Positions 39,982-54,420 of a stretch of 64,000 nucleotides of DNA are shown here, piece after piece. Source of the DNA: Thalia democratica (lineage: Eukaryota); NCBI GenBank assembly GCA_965202585.1, contig OZ241829.1:7378001-7442000 (forward strand), in the 5' to 3' direction. Position numbers and translations under genes: made by a program. The notes under the pieces are model-generated. The model had not been told where the DNA came from and did not search any database. It worked only from the letters and a program-made list of their open reading frames with translations. How positions within the stretch are numbered: position 1 is the stretch's first letter; the number at the start of each line of letters is the position of its first letter.

Positions 39982-42452
39982 CTGTAGAAATAATCATCGT
40001 TATAAAATAATTAAAAAAAATGTTCTTACAATTGTTATAGTTCTTTATTATGTTTTTTATCTTCTCATCACCACAGTATATACTCAATGTACCGCTTAAA
40101 AAAACCAGACATTAAAAAGTATACAGTAATATCTTTGAATAATTTACAACCTTAAAACAGTTTTAAAAAGTATGGCGTGGTTATCAAGAAAAACAAAACT
40201 ACTTATTGAGATTTAATACAAAATAGTACTGTAGAACAAATTAAAAATATCTGAATTAATATTTGAATATTGACTACTTATTTAACAAATGTCTTTCAGA
40301 AAAAATTATAAAGCTGTGTTACTTAGATTTGTTTTGTATATGTTACGTTAATACTAAATTTGGAAAAAAAAACTTTTATTTACTTTATATCCAAGCTTCA
40401 TTTATTTATATATTTAATAATTTTTATTACACTTACAGTTAAAAAAAATTATACGTAAATTTTATCTTAAAAACTATAATAATTAAGTTGTCAGTATTTT
40501 CAGTATGGTAATAATAAACACCTTTATTTAAATTGAGTTTTTTATTTTTGATTTATGCTAGTATATATGTCTACTGGTGATATCTACAGCTTTTAACTGT
40601 CTTACTACTGATTACATAATACAATTCAAAATAACTTAATCATTGATTAAAATTACAACTTAGCAGTATATTTTTTATTTAAGAGACCATTAATACCATT
40701 AATGTAATTCTGTTATTACTTTTCTAAACTTAACTTAAAAACTTTAAAGATGCTCATAAATATTAGAAAATAAAACTAAATTTTTCATTAAATTATTAAA
40801 ACCACCGTTGATAAAGAAACTAAAGTTTTAGCTAAATTTAAACTAAACCAGAAAATATTCTTAACATTTAAACTAGTTTGTAATTTTTTTTAAATTTAAA
40901 CCGAACTTATGCCTTTAAAACTTAGTTCTGTTTCGTAAAGCAGCAATGGAACCAGTTTATAATTAGAAATCTTTTACGTACAACGATTAATTACAATTTA
41001 ATAACCTCTACAACAACATGTTTAAACAATTTTATTTCAAAGTTAAAAATTACGTAAAGTGTGTAATGAATTAAAACTCAAAAACGGAAGCAATTTACAC
41101 ACAGGCAAAAAGATAATAAGTTGAAATTTTTGTAAACAGAAAACAGTTTTTATCTTGCTCCTACTGCGTTAGCTGTTTTTTTAATTAATAAAAACCAGTC
41201 TAACCATAAACGCTTCTTTGAGTTGAAGTTTGCCGACTTCAAGGTAGTATATATAATTTATTGTTAGTCAAAGTTAATATAACTTTGAAAAATTTTTGTA
41301 TTAGAAAAAAAAATACTGTTAGTCTGTGATAATTTTTTTTAGCTTATTTTTTGATTTAATCTTGATTAAAAAAATTAAAAATAAATATTTTAGTACAAAA
41401 ATGAATTGAATTAATTAAATGATAATAGAATGTATGGAAAAACATGCCTGTATATTTTTTTTTGGTGAAAATACTGAATACAGCGAATTTATAAATTAAA
41501 GTTGTTTGTATAATCGGTTTTTTAATACTATTGCTTAATGTGCCTACAATGTTGTACTTACTTTATCACTTGTGTTTAGCTGGGGATTTTCATATAAACA
41601 AATAAAAAAATTGGTTTAAATTATTCTTTTTAAATTAAAATAATTCGTTTAAACCCTAATTAAAGGTTATTAAATTGTAGACTTTGTTTATATCAAGTTA
41701 TAACATAACTTGTTTTATATTCTTTTTTTTGTTAATTGAAACTTTATTTAACAATATATTATGAAGTTATGTAAATATTTTATGCATCACTTATTCTATG
41801 AATAGTAATCATCGCTATTAAAAACTAATAAATTTTAAACTTCTTCACACGATTATTTTGGACATCATTAGTTATTATTGTTTGCAAAAAACCTAGTTGA
41901 TTACATTAACAATTAATATTACTTAGTTTAAACTACGAAAAGTTTTGTTAGATTAAAGTTTTAGTGAAAATGAATAGGAATTTTTTTGTAATACTTTTAT
42001 TTTATTTACTTTTATATTACTTTTATAGTTATTACGGATCTTACAGATATTGTGAACTATAATTTAAGTTTAATGTATAAGTTCATAATAACTTAAAGTT
42101 GAAACACATCATAAAATGCAAAACTGTTGTCGTTTATTACTTCTGTAAAGACAATAGCTTAATTTTTATATGTTAAATACATAACTACTTTTATGCAAAT
42201 ATCTCTAATTCAAGTAATACAGTATAATTTTTTATATTTTTTTTACTTTTTACTAACACAATAAATTTTTATTCGTTTTCTTATTAGTCATAGACATACT
42301 ACTCGTTTTTTTTTATATTTTATATTTTTATTTTTTTTTATACTCTTGTGATTTATTGTTAATTTTTACCGCCTTAGCTGTTAATTCAGTTATTCGTTTT
42401 TAATAAATATTTATAAAATTAACTTTGTTATATTATTTAATGTTATTAGTTT

Positions 42453-45400
42453 AAAAGATAAATAGTATCAGCATTATATATACTAACTATAAAACAAGAA
42501 AATAATTCACAAAAAAAATAGAAATGAAGAAAAGTAACCTACCTTTTATGAGCTGTAACATAGATGCTAATTAAAGTAAAAATTCTTAGTTATTGAAAAT
42601 AGTTAAACTAAAAAAATAAGATTAAAAAAGTCAACGAAATTTTGTTAGTTAAAAAGTTTTGCAGTGCGGACTCGAACTCGGGTCTCTGGATTGGAAGGCA
42701 ACGGTGGTGACCTCTCCGCCAGGATTCCACTTGCATGCTATTACATTTTCCAGTATAGATAACAAAATTATTTTCATAATCGATGTTTTGGCAACTATCA
42801 ATGAAACTCGAACCCAAAATATTTTATTGGAATAAGCACAATGGAGTTAATTTGAAGCTGTATCAAAAAGTAGTGTATAAATACAACATTAAACAATTTT
42901 TGATGATTTTTATACCTTTCAAAGACAGTTCACTTGTTAACACACTATTGCACAGTCAGTTAGTTTTACTATTAATCTAATCGCAACCCTTACCGTTGGT
43001 CAGTAATTTTTTTTCTTAACATATTCAAAGAAAGCTTTTTGGTATCATTGCTCATTTTCCGAAAAAAAACTGGAAAACTTACAAAAAGTCATAAAAATAA
43101 CATAAAATCAAAAATTCCTCAACAAAACTTCATTTGAGTCGTTTCAAAATGTTCACAATCGGTTTGTGTGTAGCCACATTTAAAATAAATCAGCTTAAAA
43201 CTCCAAGGTCGCTTTTTTTTGATCCCATTTTGCATTGGCGTGGAAATTAGAAAATCGGTTAGAGGTAAGGTGAAAGTTTCTTCAAATCATTTAAGTCAAC
43301 ACAGAAAAATTAACACCAAAGCATAACTTTTTTAACAACTTTTCTAAACATATTTTAGTTCTTTGTGTTTGTTTTTAATGAAATTAGAACTATTCTATTC
43401 AGTTTATGTTTTTTGAACTAAGTTTATTCTATTCGTTGATATTTGTAAATACCTTCTGTTACGGAATTATTGTTTTGAAAACGGAATACTTTTGTACATA
43501 GTAAAGTTAAAGAATAATTTAAGATGCTGACTAATTAAACCTAAAATATTGATAAAATTTTATCAACAAAACTGATTACCACCGGACTCGATCTCGCGAC
43601 CTTCTGCTCACGCATCGGGTCGGCGATCGCTGAACCACACGACCACTTGCTTGTTGACTTCAATGCTGGTATATAAAGTTTAAAAACTTTAGATTTATAT
43701 AAGTTCATTTAGTACTTATTAGTTTACCTTTCTGTAAATTGCTATTATTTTTTTATTTGAAACATATTTACAAAGATAAGACTGTTTTTTTTTACACATA
43801 ACGTTTACGTGAATTTTAATACTTGAAAGTTTTCCATTCAAAAGCTGCATAAGCAGAGCAAGTGTACTTATTAAAGGCAGTTTTGATTTTTGTTGCTTAA
43901 ATCTAATTTAAAAGAACAAAACTGATTAAATGCTTTGATAATAAGAAAACAGCGTGCAAAAACTTTTTTTTGTACATTTAAAGTATTAAAACTTTATAAA
44001 TTAAACAAACTTATCCAGCTTTAATTAGCTATTATGGCAAAACAGATGCAAATATAACCTAACAGTTTATATATTATCGAAAATCAGAACTAAAGCAAAG
44101 GAGATATATTTCAAAATTAAAATCAACATTATAACAGCATTTATATCACAAAGCAAAGTTTTAGAAACATCACAAGCATTTACGTTGTCGTTTTGATATT
44201 TTGTTGAACCAGCCAGTAATGAAAATTATATGGGTATGAATAAAATGTGGTAGAATATCTAAATTTTTAAATCATCAATGCCAGGAATTCTAATTTACCT
44301 GCCTGGACTTTTATGTCAAATAAATTCACGTGGTTGCTTATAATGCTGATAAATTTAAGATTATTGATTGTAATGTCTAATTAAGCAGAAGTATAATAAA
44401 GAATGTAAGGCTGAACTACATTAATCCCAGGCGTTTCTACAGTTAAAAGACCAAGTTTACCCTTCATTTTACATAGACGAAATGATTTGATTTTTTTAAA
44501 TAATGAAAAGTGTTAAGGTTAACCGAGAAAAAAAAGATACTTTAAAAAACTTAAACTTAGTAGATGTACTTCAAAACATAGGTAAGTAAGGATATTAATG
44601 TCTTTCAAACTAACTAACAGCAAATTTATGCTTAGATATAAGACATTAGAAAGCATTGTATATGATACACATAAAAAACCCTGTAGACCGAAACCTTGGC
44701 TTAGATGGCACTAAATAATTGTTATTAAAATATAACTAAAAATAAAAACTTAAAATTATAATGGTACTTAGTCGGTGTAACGGTATTTGATTTATTTTAT
44801 CAAAAGTACAGAGCTGGTACCTACCATTGTTTATTTATTTTAACACATACGGTGGTAAATAAAGTTATATATAATGGTTAAATCTAATAGAGACCTTTAA
44901 ACTCATAAAGGCTCTAAATGGAATTTTATTTGAACTGTAATTATTACTTAAAAGAAACAGTTTAATGTTTTAAATTTATAGCTAAATACATATGTTGTTT
45001 GTGATATAAAACTAGAAACGATCATGTAAGTCATATAAAAATTAGATTCATTTAGATACAGCAGTAAAATATTTAAGAGCTAATTGCCATATATATTTGT
45101 ATCTGTTAGTTTAATTAAGATGCACATTATCCAATACATGGACATATAGTTAGTGTTATTCATTACTATATAAGTTGCTTTATTCAACTTAAAAATATAG
45201 AGCAATTAAATAATTTATAAAACATACCATATAACTAAAGTGTAAGTGAAATTTATGCTAAACTAAGTTTAAACTGTATAAGACTACAAAGTGATGACGT
45301 AATAATAGTAAAAAGGTAAAAATGAAAAATATTACATAATTACTTGAAAAATCGTGGACAAAAACAGTCTGATTTATTAGAGTCTAATTTAAAAAATGCC

Positions 45401-48400
45401 TAAACTGTTTTATACAAGTTAAGACGTAAATACTTACTTGTGTAAATGGAAAACTTTAGCGTAGATTTTCCAAAATTTAAGTTGTTGTGGAGTGACAACG
45501 ATACTAATTAAAACGAGAAGTTAATGTACTCACTTACTTTGTATAGTTTATCAAGTAACCAACAAAAGATGTTATCAGACCTGCTGATCAACAAAGTAAT
45601 AATAAATATAATCAAAACAGTGGTCAAACTTGAAATAGACATATACCAAATGTTAAATGTAATATAAATTAATTCAATGTACCTACTACAGAATGTTACT
45701 TAACATATAAGTTTTAGTAGATAATTATAAATGCCATAACAACTAAACAAATGATTAGCTTTGATGTATTACAAACTTGCCATAACTAACTTTCAATTGA
45801 CCTTTATACACAAACAAACTAAGATGTAATTTATTTACTAGACATACTAGGTATTTAATACTGTGTAACAATGTAATTAGTTAAATGACGACAATAAAAT
45901 GATCCTGATAAATAAAATTACAAAGTAAGTTGAAGTGTTTATTATAGAATAATACCAGGCTGTCTACTACAAATCTGTAGCGTTTGTAGTACGACACCAA
46001 AGATACATACTATAAAACATAAAACTTTACTTGTAATTTATATATGTTAATATTGAGTTTAAAAGAAAAATAACATACCAAAAAATTGTGCGTAACTACT
46101 CGTACATCAAACAAAAAACTAATTAGGTGCCGACCAGCATAAGGACGCGGCCTAAAGGACGGCTTTCGTTATTTGTGCAAAAGTCCCGGGAGCAAGAGCT
46201 GCTCCGATAGGAGCAGCTCGCAGCGGGAGGGACTTATGCACAAATAACGAAAGCTGTCCGCTACCACTTTAACTCAAAACCGAACTACTTCTTAGAGCTC
46301 AGTACCACACTTTTATCTGGTTTGGCTGTCAGGCTTACTAACTGGGCTCAAAGCGTAATTAGGTTTTTAAGTAAAAATGGTTGGGAGAAAAAGTGAAAAA
46401 TTTTTCGCCGGCAGAGCCGGCGAAATGACTAAAAAATGATTTTTTAAATAATCTACCCAAAAATTTTCCAAAAAAGTTTTGATTTGGGGAAATCCCCATT
46501 TTGAAAAAAATTTGTGCGGCTTGACTTAAAAATTAAGTGACTACCTTATAGCGTACTCCTTAAACATAACCCTAACTTACTACCATATAGTTGTTAACTA
46601 AAAAATGAATGTCTTTTTAGGTGGTAATAGTAGGATTAATCTTAATTTGGAATATTATTAATTTTTCGAAGGTGTTATCATTGTAATAATAAATACCTAT
46701 AACCATAAAATTCGTGTGAGACATGTTAAATAGTCTTTTCTTTTTTGTTTGTTGTGACACAGTCTAATAACAGTATCCAAAACTTATAACTTAAATTTGA
46801 GTACTGCTAACTTAAACATTTTGATTTGATGTTATGTTAACACAATATCAATCAAAAACTTTTAATAAAATAAATGCTTACTGTTGTTATTAGGCTGATT
46901 TACAACATATATTCAAAAAAAAAAAGCCATTTTCACATGTCATTCTATAAAGCCACTGCAAATCATACTTGATCTAGTCAGATAAGAGTCTGGCTTTTGT
47001 CAGCTAGTCACAGTTGCTTATAATAACTCTATAAAACATTAAATGGTTATCAAAGATTTGCTAGCTTTTAAATACACTTCATAAACACTACAAGTAACAA
47101 ACAACCAGACTCTTATCTAATTTAGTTATATTAGCATTATCAATTATTACACTATGCTACATAATTCTAAAATATTTAACAGGAAAAACAGTGGTTAATC
47201 ATTTCTTGTTATGTTTTGAACAGTTCAGAGACATAGACATGCTTGTATATTTTTTCAAAGACTAACTATTACTAAATGTTCAAATACTCTTTGATAAGAA
47301 TTTCTATGGTGACACTGTCTAATAGTATATCATAAGTTTTTGTTCTACATCATCAAACAGCATTGGTATAATGAAACCAACAAAATAATATTTGATTTAA
47401 TGCTACACATAGTATCAAGCTGAAGATTAAACAAATACTTATTTTATAATATCACTATTAAAATTCCAAACAAAGACTATTTTTGAGTACTATTAATACT
47501 CCAAAAATTAAGTTTAACACATCAGTACAACATAGCCTTTTTATAAAGATCATACATAGTCAGATAAAGGTCTGGTTTTTGTCAGCTAGTTACATTTAAC
47601 TTATCATAACTCCATCAACTATAATAACCACTAAATGGTAATCAAAGTAATATTACACTTAAACTTTGAATTTTACTGTTAACTATAAACACTAAAAATG
47701 ACTGAAACAAACCAGACTCTTATCTAAACTAGTAATATGAACATACAAAAACACTCAACATAAGTCAGTTGATCAAGCTGCCTTAATGTTGCTTGTGTTC
47801 CTACATGTTCACATGTAATAAAGTATATCACTTATACACAAACATTTTACACTATAGTTTTAATTGCTTAGTGGATAAAAACATAATAATAAAACATTTA
47901 CTTTACATTAACTGCTTAATTTTAAAGCTTGTAGCATTCAGAGTTACAACAAACAAAAGAACAGCTTGATTTTTAGCTCTAAAATTGTAATTGAACATTT
48001 TACATTGTAATCTTATTACAGAGATTCATAACACATAAGTTTTGACATATAGAAAAGCTAATGAAGTTTAATAGTAACAGCTTTTAGTTAATTTTGCACA
48101 CTTTAGAAACTCTATAGGATATTTTATAATCTAAAATTTTCATTGTAATTAATTCATAATTTTATGACTAGCATTTATGAATACCAGGGCTGCCACTTTC
48201 AATTCGAAAACTGTACTCTTTTAACCAAATTTCAGCTTATTTTGAATAAAATTAGAAACTAAGCAGCAAAAGCTGTTAATGTACTTTACTTGATATCAAT
48301 TGAGTTTGAGCACTAATTTACACTAATGATATTCTATATTTACAAAAAAATGACAATATTTAATGAAACAATTAATTTTCAAGTATTTAAAATTGAGAAA

Positions 48401-49997
48401 GCACTACTAAAAAAATAAATTTTGGCAGCCCTGAAAAATAATCTTATATGACATTTATTATCTCAACATTAACTATTTTGTATAACATATAAAGCACTTA
48501 CCTCAGTAAGAGCAGTAAACCAAGAACAGACCTGATATTCAAATTGCCACAAGAAGGTTAGTGGCTACAAGGGTTGATATAGATGACTGCTGTAGAAATA
48601 GAAATGTCCAATTTGTTTGTGCTTAAAAAAAAACTTTTCAGTGCAACTATGATTAAATAGAAACACATGATAACTCATGTAGCAGACTGCTGATTTGAGA
48701 CACTTTTTCACCATAAAGGTAAAGAATTTTCTCTGAAACCATGAAAAAAAAAGATAATTAATCATATGGTAAGAGTAGGAGACTGTTGGTTTGAGATACT
48801 TTTTCAACATAAAGAAAAGACTTTTCTCTGGAATCATAAAATATTAGATAATTAATCATATGATCAGAGTAGAATACTGTTGATTCAAGATACTTTCAAA
48901 ACATACAGACATTATTTACATTTCTTTTCTAGCATAAACAGTTTAAGTTTCAACTGTTAAAGACAATGCTAATATTTTTTTCAAACCAAGTAATTGATTT
49001 TATGTGTCTGCTTTTAGTACCTTTTATTACTTACAAAAAGGTAAACTCTAAAATGATTTATGAAAGTAAAGTAAAAAATGACAAGAGCTGCTACCAGTAA
49101 CACAACATTTTACTAATGAATGCAATTTCATAAAAATTTTTGCAAACAGAATTGAACATGATTATCACAATAAAGTAGAAGTCTGTTGAATTAAGACAAT
49201 TTTTCAACATACAGGTAAAGACTTTTCTGTGAAGTTGTCAACAAAAAGAAAGTAAAACACAAGGTTATCACAACAAAGTAGAAGTCTGCTGATTTAAGAC
49301 AGTTTTTCAACATACAGTTAAAGACTTTTCTGTGAAGTTGTAAACAAAAAGATAATTAAACACAAGATCATCACTATAAAGTAGAAGTCTGTTGATTTAA
49401 ATCACTTTGGCAACATGCAGATGATGTAGATTTGTTTTGTGTTCTTTTTTTTCAACCATAAACAGTTCATGTTTCAACTTTTAAAGACAACTTTGATTTT
49501 TTTCATACTAAGTGATTCATACTAAGTGATTGGTTTTGAATTGTATGTGCTTGTACTTTAAGTACCTTTTATTACTTATAAAAACTTATAAAAGGAAAAC
49601 TCTAAAAATACTTATGTAAAGAAAGTTTAAGTAAAAATTTGATGACCTACCACTCCTATGAAAACTTTCCTAAAATGAATTGCAATTTCTTAAAAAATTT
49701 CTGCAAACAGAATTTTTGTATAATTACGTAACAAATAAATCTTGTGCAAAAAATTCACTTGGTGACATTCACGAGTTCTCTCTTCTCTCGCTTTGATAAT
49801 TTTAAGCTAATTTTAAACTTTTAGCTATACTTTTTTTAAACCTTGGTTTTTTCAAAAAAAAAATTTACCATCATGTCGAGCGCCGAATTCTGCTTCAAAA
49901 AACACCAAACACTTTATAAAAAGGATGAAAAATAAGCAAAATAGAACTTAAAAACTTCAAAGCTTTGAATTTAAATTTTAAGTTTTGTCAAACTTGT
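42453..49997. repeat. Shared core block, copy 4
   Basis: Collinear with copies 2 and 3. It has one fewer 103-bp tandem unit and small indels. Confidence 0.95.
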
Positions 49998-52145
49998 AAA
50001 AGGTGTTTCACTTTATCATAATTATTTCAGTATTATTTGTCAAGTTTCACTAAAGTAAAGATTTAACTTTTTTTTATACTAAAACTTTTTTATGTTTTTC
50101 ATTTAAAACATAGTGATAAAAATGACCAATAATCTAACACTTTAAGCTAACAGCTAACATTTACATTGAAAGCTACTGAAATCTAGTTGATAAAACTTAT
50201 TGATTAGTGTAGTACTTATTTATAAATTAATGCTTAACTCTAGAATTAAAGAGAACATTTAGTTGCAATAAGTATGAGAATACACACTTATACAAACACC
50301 AATGTTTAGCTTAACTTTACAAACTATAATGGGACGTATCAAAACACTAACAATGCTGTTAAGCAAAGTAAAAAAACGTTAACCTGTTTTTAAACTTTTG
50401 TCTATGTTTTTTTAAAACCTTGTTTTACTTTTAAATAAATTTTACCACCATGTCGAGCACCAAATCCTGCTTCAAAAAACACCAAACAGTTTATAAAAAG
50501 GATGAAAAATGAGCAAAATAGAACTTTTAAAACTTATAAATACATTTTTTGCTTGTTTTAGAGAATATTTAAAAAATACATTTTTCAATAACATATGAGT
50601 TAAAAGTTAAAACTAATAGCAGATACTAATATATGAACTATGTTGATAACAAACATCTGTGCTACATTTTTAACTTCAGTTTTAAACTTCTGTTTAAATT
50701 TAAAAGTTTTGTATAAATAATTAAACGTACAAAAATAAAACAAACATTAAATGTAAAACTATACAACTTGTTCACAATAATAAATGTATAACACAAGAGT
50801 ATACGAACGAAAAAATTTATTAAAACAATATAAACCTTTTTACTTTATTTATTCAACAAACAAAACTCAATTAAGTTGATTATTTTAGCACAACAATCAA
50901 AAACAAATGTTGATTGAAAATATTTTTTTATAGGTTTATTTTTGTTAACTTCCATTAGTATAAACATTCAACTGCATAAGCACTTTAGTCAAATATTTTT
51001 ATAATAAGAACAGCAAGTCTACCTAAGTGATAAAAACAAGCTAAAATCTTTTTTATCTGAAAACTAGACATAACTGTAAATATGGAAATTTATGCAAACT
51101 TTTGAGCAACAAAATTCAATGAAAATGAACAAGTAAGTTTTACTTTTGAAATTTTATTTAACTTTTTTTTAAACCTTGTTTTTCTCAAAAATAAACTTTA
51201 CCATCATGTCGAGCACCAAATTCTGCTTAAAAAAACACCAAACACTTTATAAAAAAGATAAAAAATAAGCATAATAGAGCTAAAAAACTTCAAAGCTTTG
51301 AATTTAGACTATTTTGTAGCTTTGAGTATCTTTCAAACTTGCATGATATGAGTTAGAAACAATTAGCAGGTGTTAGTACTCGAACTATGTTCATAGCCAA
51401 TACCTCTGCTATGTTTTTAATTTCAGCTTTAAATCTTTGTTATATTTGTAATTATTAATTAACTACTTAAAAAATCTTTATATGTAAATTTAAATGTTTC
51501 AAACCAAACTTTAATTTAATATTATAACCATAAATTTGAGATTGATAGTTTAGTTGGTGTAACTTACTATACAAATTTATTGATTCGTTTATTTATTTTT
51601 AAAGAGTGCTTCACTCTTATTTTTATGAGTTCATTAGTATTAAACACCTTAATAAAGACGTTGAGGCTTAGCTTAACTTTACAAACTATGTTTAACACAT
51701 AACAAAAAACTAATGGATATATTAGATTAAAAAAACTGTTAAAGAACAAATTATATCAATATACTCACACAAACTAAAGTAGCTTTTATCTAAAAACCAT
51801 ACCAAGTGTAGTCATTAAAACTATAAAATGTTTTATATAAACTATTTTGACACTTCTACTTCATACTTCACAGTTAAAATTAATGCACTTATAGTAACAA
51901 ACTTTAGTTTCAAACATAAGTTTGTTAAACCACAAGTGCTTTTTTCTTTTTGTTTTACTTGTTACATTTTCTATATATTTTCATTTATTTGCTCTAAAAC
52001 GGTTTTTGAACTAATTTTAACAACTGAAGGTTTCTTATAATATTATTAATGGTTTTTTTATGAGTATTTGAAGAATGTTGGTTGAAAAATAAAGGATAGG
52101 ATTGATTTTTATGAAATAGCCCATTTTGGAGTGCTTGGTTTTCAC

Positions 52146-53199
52146 CTATTAAAGCCGTCGAACACGAGTATGGAAATAATGAGCGGGAAGCTTTCGACAG
52201 TCTGCACGACGCTGATGGGAAGTGTAACCACTTGGTCGAGGTACTTAATGGTTTTACTAATCACACTTTGGCTTGCCTGGTGTACCCGGTTTACGGCCCC
52301 AATCTGAGCAAGGCAATGGAGATTAATAAGCAGCCGTTTAAAGCGCAAGAGGTTAGAATAATGGCGAAACAGCTGATTGAAGCGGTGAATTTTCTTCACA
52401 AAAACGGAATGTTGCATTGCGATATCAAGCAAAAAAATATTTTATTAAACAGGTTAATAGGACATAAGGACTTTACTTAATTATAATTTTTACTAATTAG
52501 GTGCATTTTTTACTGATCTTTATGATGTTTGTTTAAAACAACTTATAGCCGAGTTAAATGACTTTTTTTTGTTTTTTTAACAATTTATTATACTAAAAAT
52601 TTATATATATAATAATAAATCTTAAAATAGTATCTAAAGTATAACATTAAAAAAAACTTTTACTAAACAGGTTCTACTACGACCAGACTAAAATGTTTTC
52701 TTACTTTATGCCCGATATCAAACTCTGCGACCTTGGTTCTGTACGTTGGGAAAGAGATTTCAACTATGACGTCATAACAAAACTTCAGTACCGCGCTCCT
52801 GACGTCATAATGGGCCATAAAATTGGGTATCCATGTGACGTTTGGTCGATCGGCTGCACTTTATACGAACTCTTCATAGGAGAAGTTCTCTTCGATGCAT
52901 CGACGGTTCAGGAACTGCTCCGGATGATCCATTTTATGATAAAGAATTTTACTGGCGATGAAGTTGAAATGATAAACAGAAAACTCTCTGAAGACGGTGA
53001 AATTGTTGATGTTTTGAATGAGCAAGAGTTGGGACCCATAAAGGGCAAAACCTTGCTTTACGAATCAAAGAAGATGCGTTCTTACACTAATAACCAAAAT
53101 AGAGTTAAGTTATTGTGGAAACTAATAAATAGGATGATTGACCGAAATCCAGTATCAAGAGCAAACCTGAAAGACTTAGTTGAAGAAGAAGAAAATTAA
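52146..53199 (+). pseudogene. 5'-truncated type-B kinase (copy C); exon remnant 52146-52452 and exon 52671-53199; start codon and Gly-rich loop missing
   Basis: Homology starts at ctattaaagcc (the AIK codons). The upstream ~445 bp of the B-type sequence is replaced by 350 bp of unrelated DNA, and there is an in-frame stop at 52112-52114 with no ATG between. It retains HCDIK and DLG. Confidence 0.85.
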
Positions 53200-54420
53200 A
53201 TGGTATTTTTTCTATGTTAACTAAATATCAACAAAGGAAACTTAACTTTTTGTGTTTGTTTTCTGGACTACTCTTTTTTTTACTTTGTTGCACTTATTTT
53301 CACTTTAACTCAGTAGCTTTTTGTTTTCGTTACTGAGATGGAAAACCTTGTGTTATTTATAAAATAAAAAAAAGTGGTTTTGTACGACTTGAAAACAAAC
53401 TTTAGAAAGTTTATTTTTTTATCCTGCTTTTATATTTTTGTTTTCAGTAGTTTAACCCTTATAGACAAAATTTGTAATTAAATTTGCTCGATTTGTAAAA
53501 ATGTGTAGCCTACATTTATAAAACGTGTTCTTTAGATATTAAACGTATATTTTTAACTTCTTAAAAATTGATTAATAATTTTATATAGGACCTCAAAACA
53601 AAACAAAGCTACAAAACAGTGGAATTAAATTATAAATAAATTTTTTTAAAAACGTTTTCCGGAGTTTAATGAAGTAAGACAAAAATTATTTTAAATATTA
53701 GTATTTTAAAGTATGTCGCATCATAACTTTTTTGAAGGTCTTTTTGTTTTTAAATATGCATTTATGGCAGCTTCTAAAATTACTTGTAGACCATAAGTTG
53801 CAAACTTGTTTTTCTTAGACGCTAAAATGTAAATGTTTTTCATAACTTCGAACTAGAAATAAAAACAGACAATTATCTGATATAAATTTAAAAAAGAGAT
53901 ATAGTATTAAAGCTAACGTTTAAAAAATGTAAAATTCAGTAGTACACTGGTTAGTTAAAAATAGAAACATATACTTTATATAATATAAAGTATATACATA
54001 AACATATTAACATATTTTTAACGGTCTATATTTCTTTTACTCCTTGGTTTCAGACGAGCGGTCGTTTATCGAAACAAAGTTATACAAACAAAGTTTAAAA
54101 AAAACAAGTTAGTGAAGAATAAAATAAATTGGCAATTGGTGTTTTTATAGCTAAAAAAATTAATTAGAGCTTTTGTTTTACTTTGTACAATTTTTGTATA
54201 CGTTCTACAAACAAACAAAATGTTTCAAGAATAACATTTATATCTTAAACACTACACTCTAAATTGCTGGGGACATATGGCACTAACTAAGTCTAATTAT
54301 GAAAATGATTAATAGAATATAAACTATGTTGATGAGTAGATAGAAAGTATAATAGACAATTATAATATCTATAAAAAATATTTTTTTTAAAACATTTTAT
54401 GACGATTGTTTTTTCTACAG

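Larger units (their letters stand above)
14748..44996. repeat. Very recent whole-unit tandem duplication B (14748-29864) / B' (29865-44996), ~15.1 kb period
   Basis: Cargo and spacers align end to end at an offset of ~15120. Intergenic parts differ by only a few bases per kb. Confidence 0.97.
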
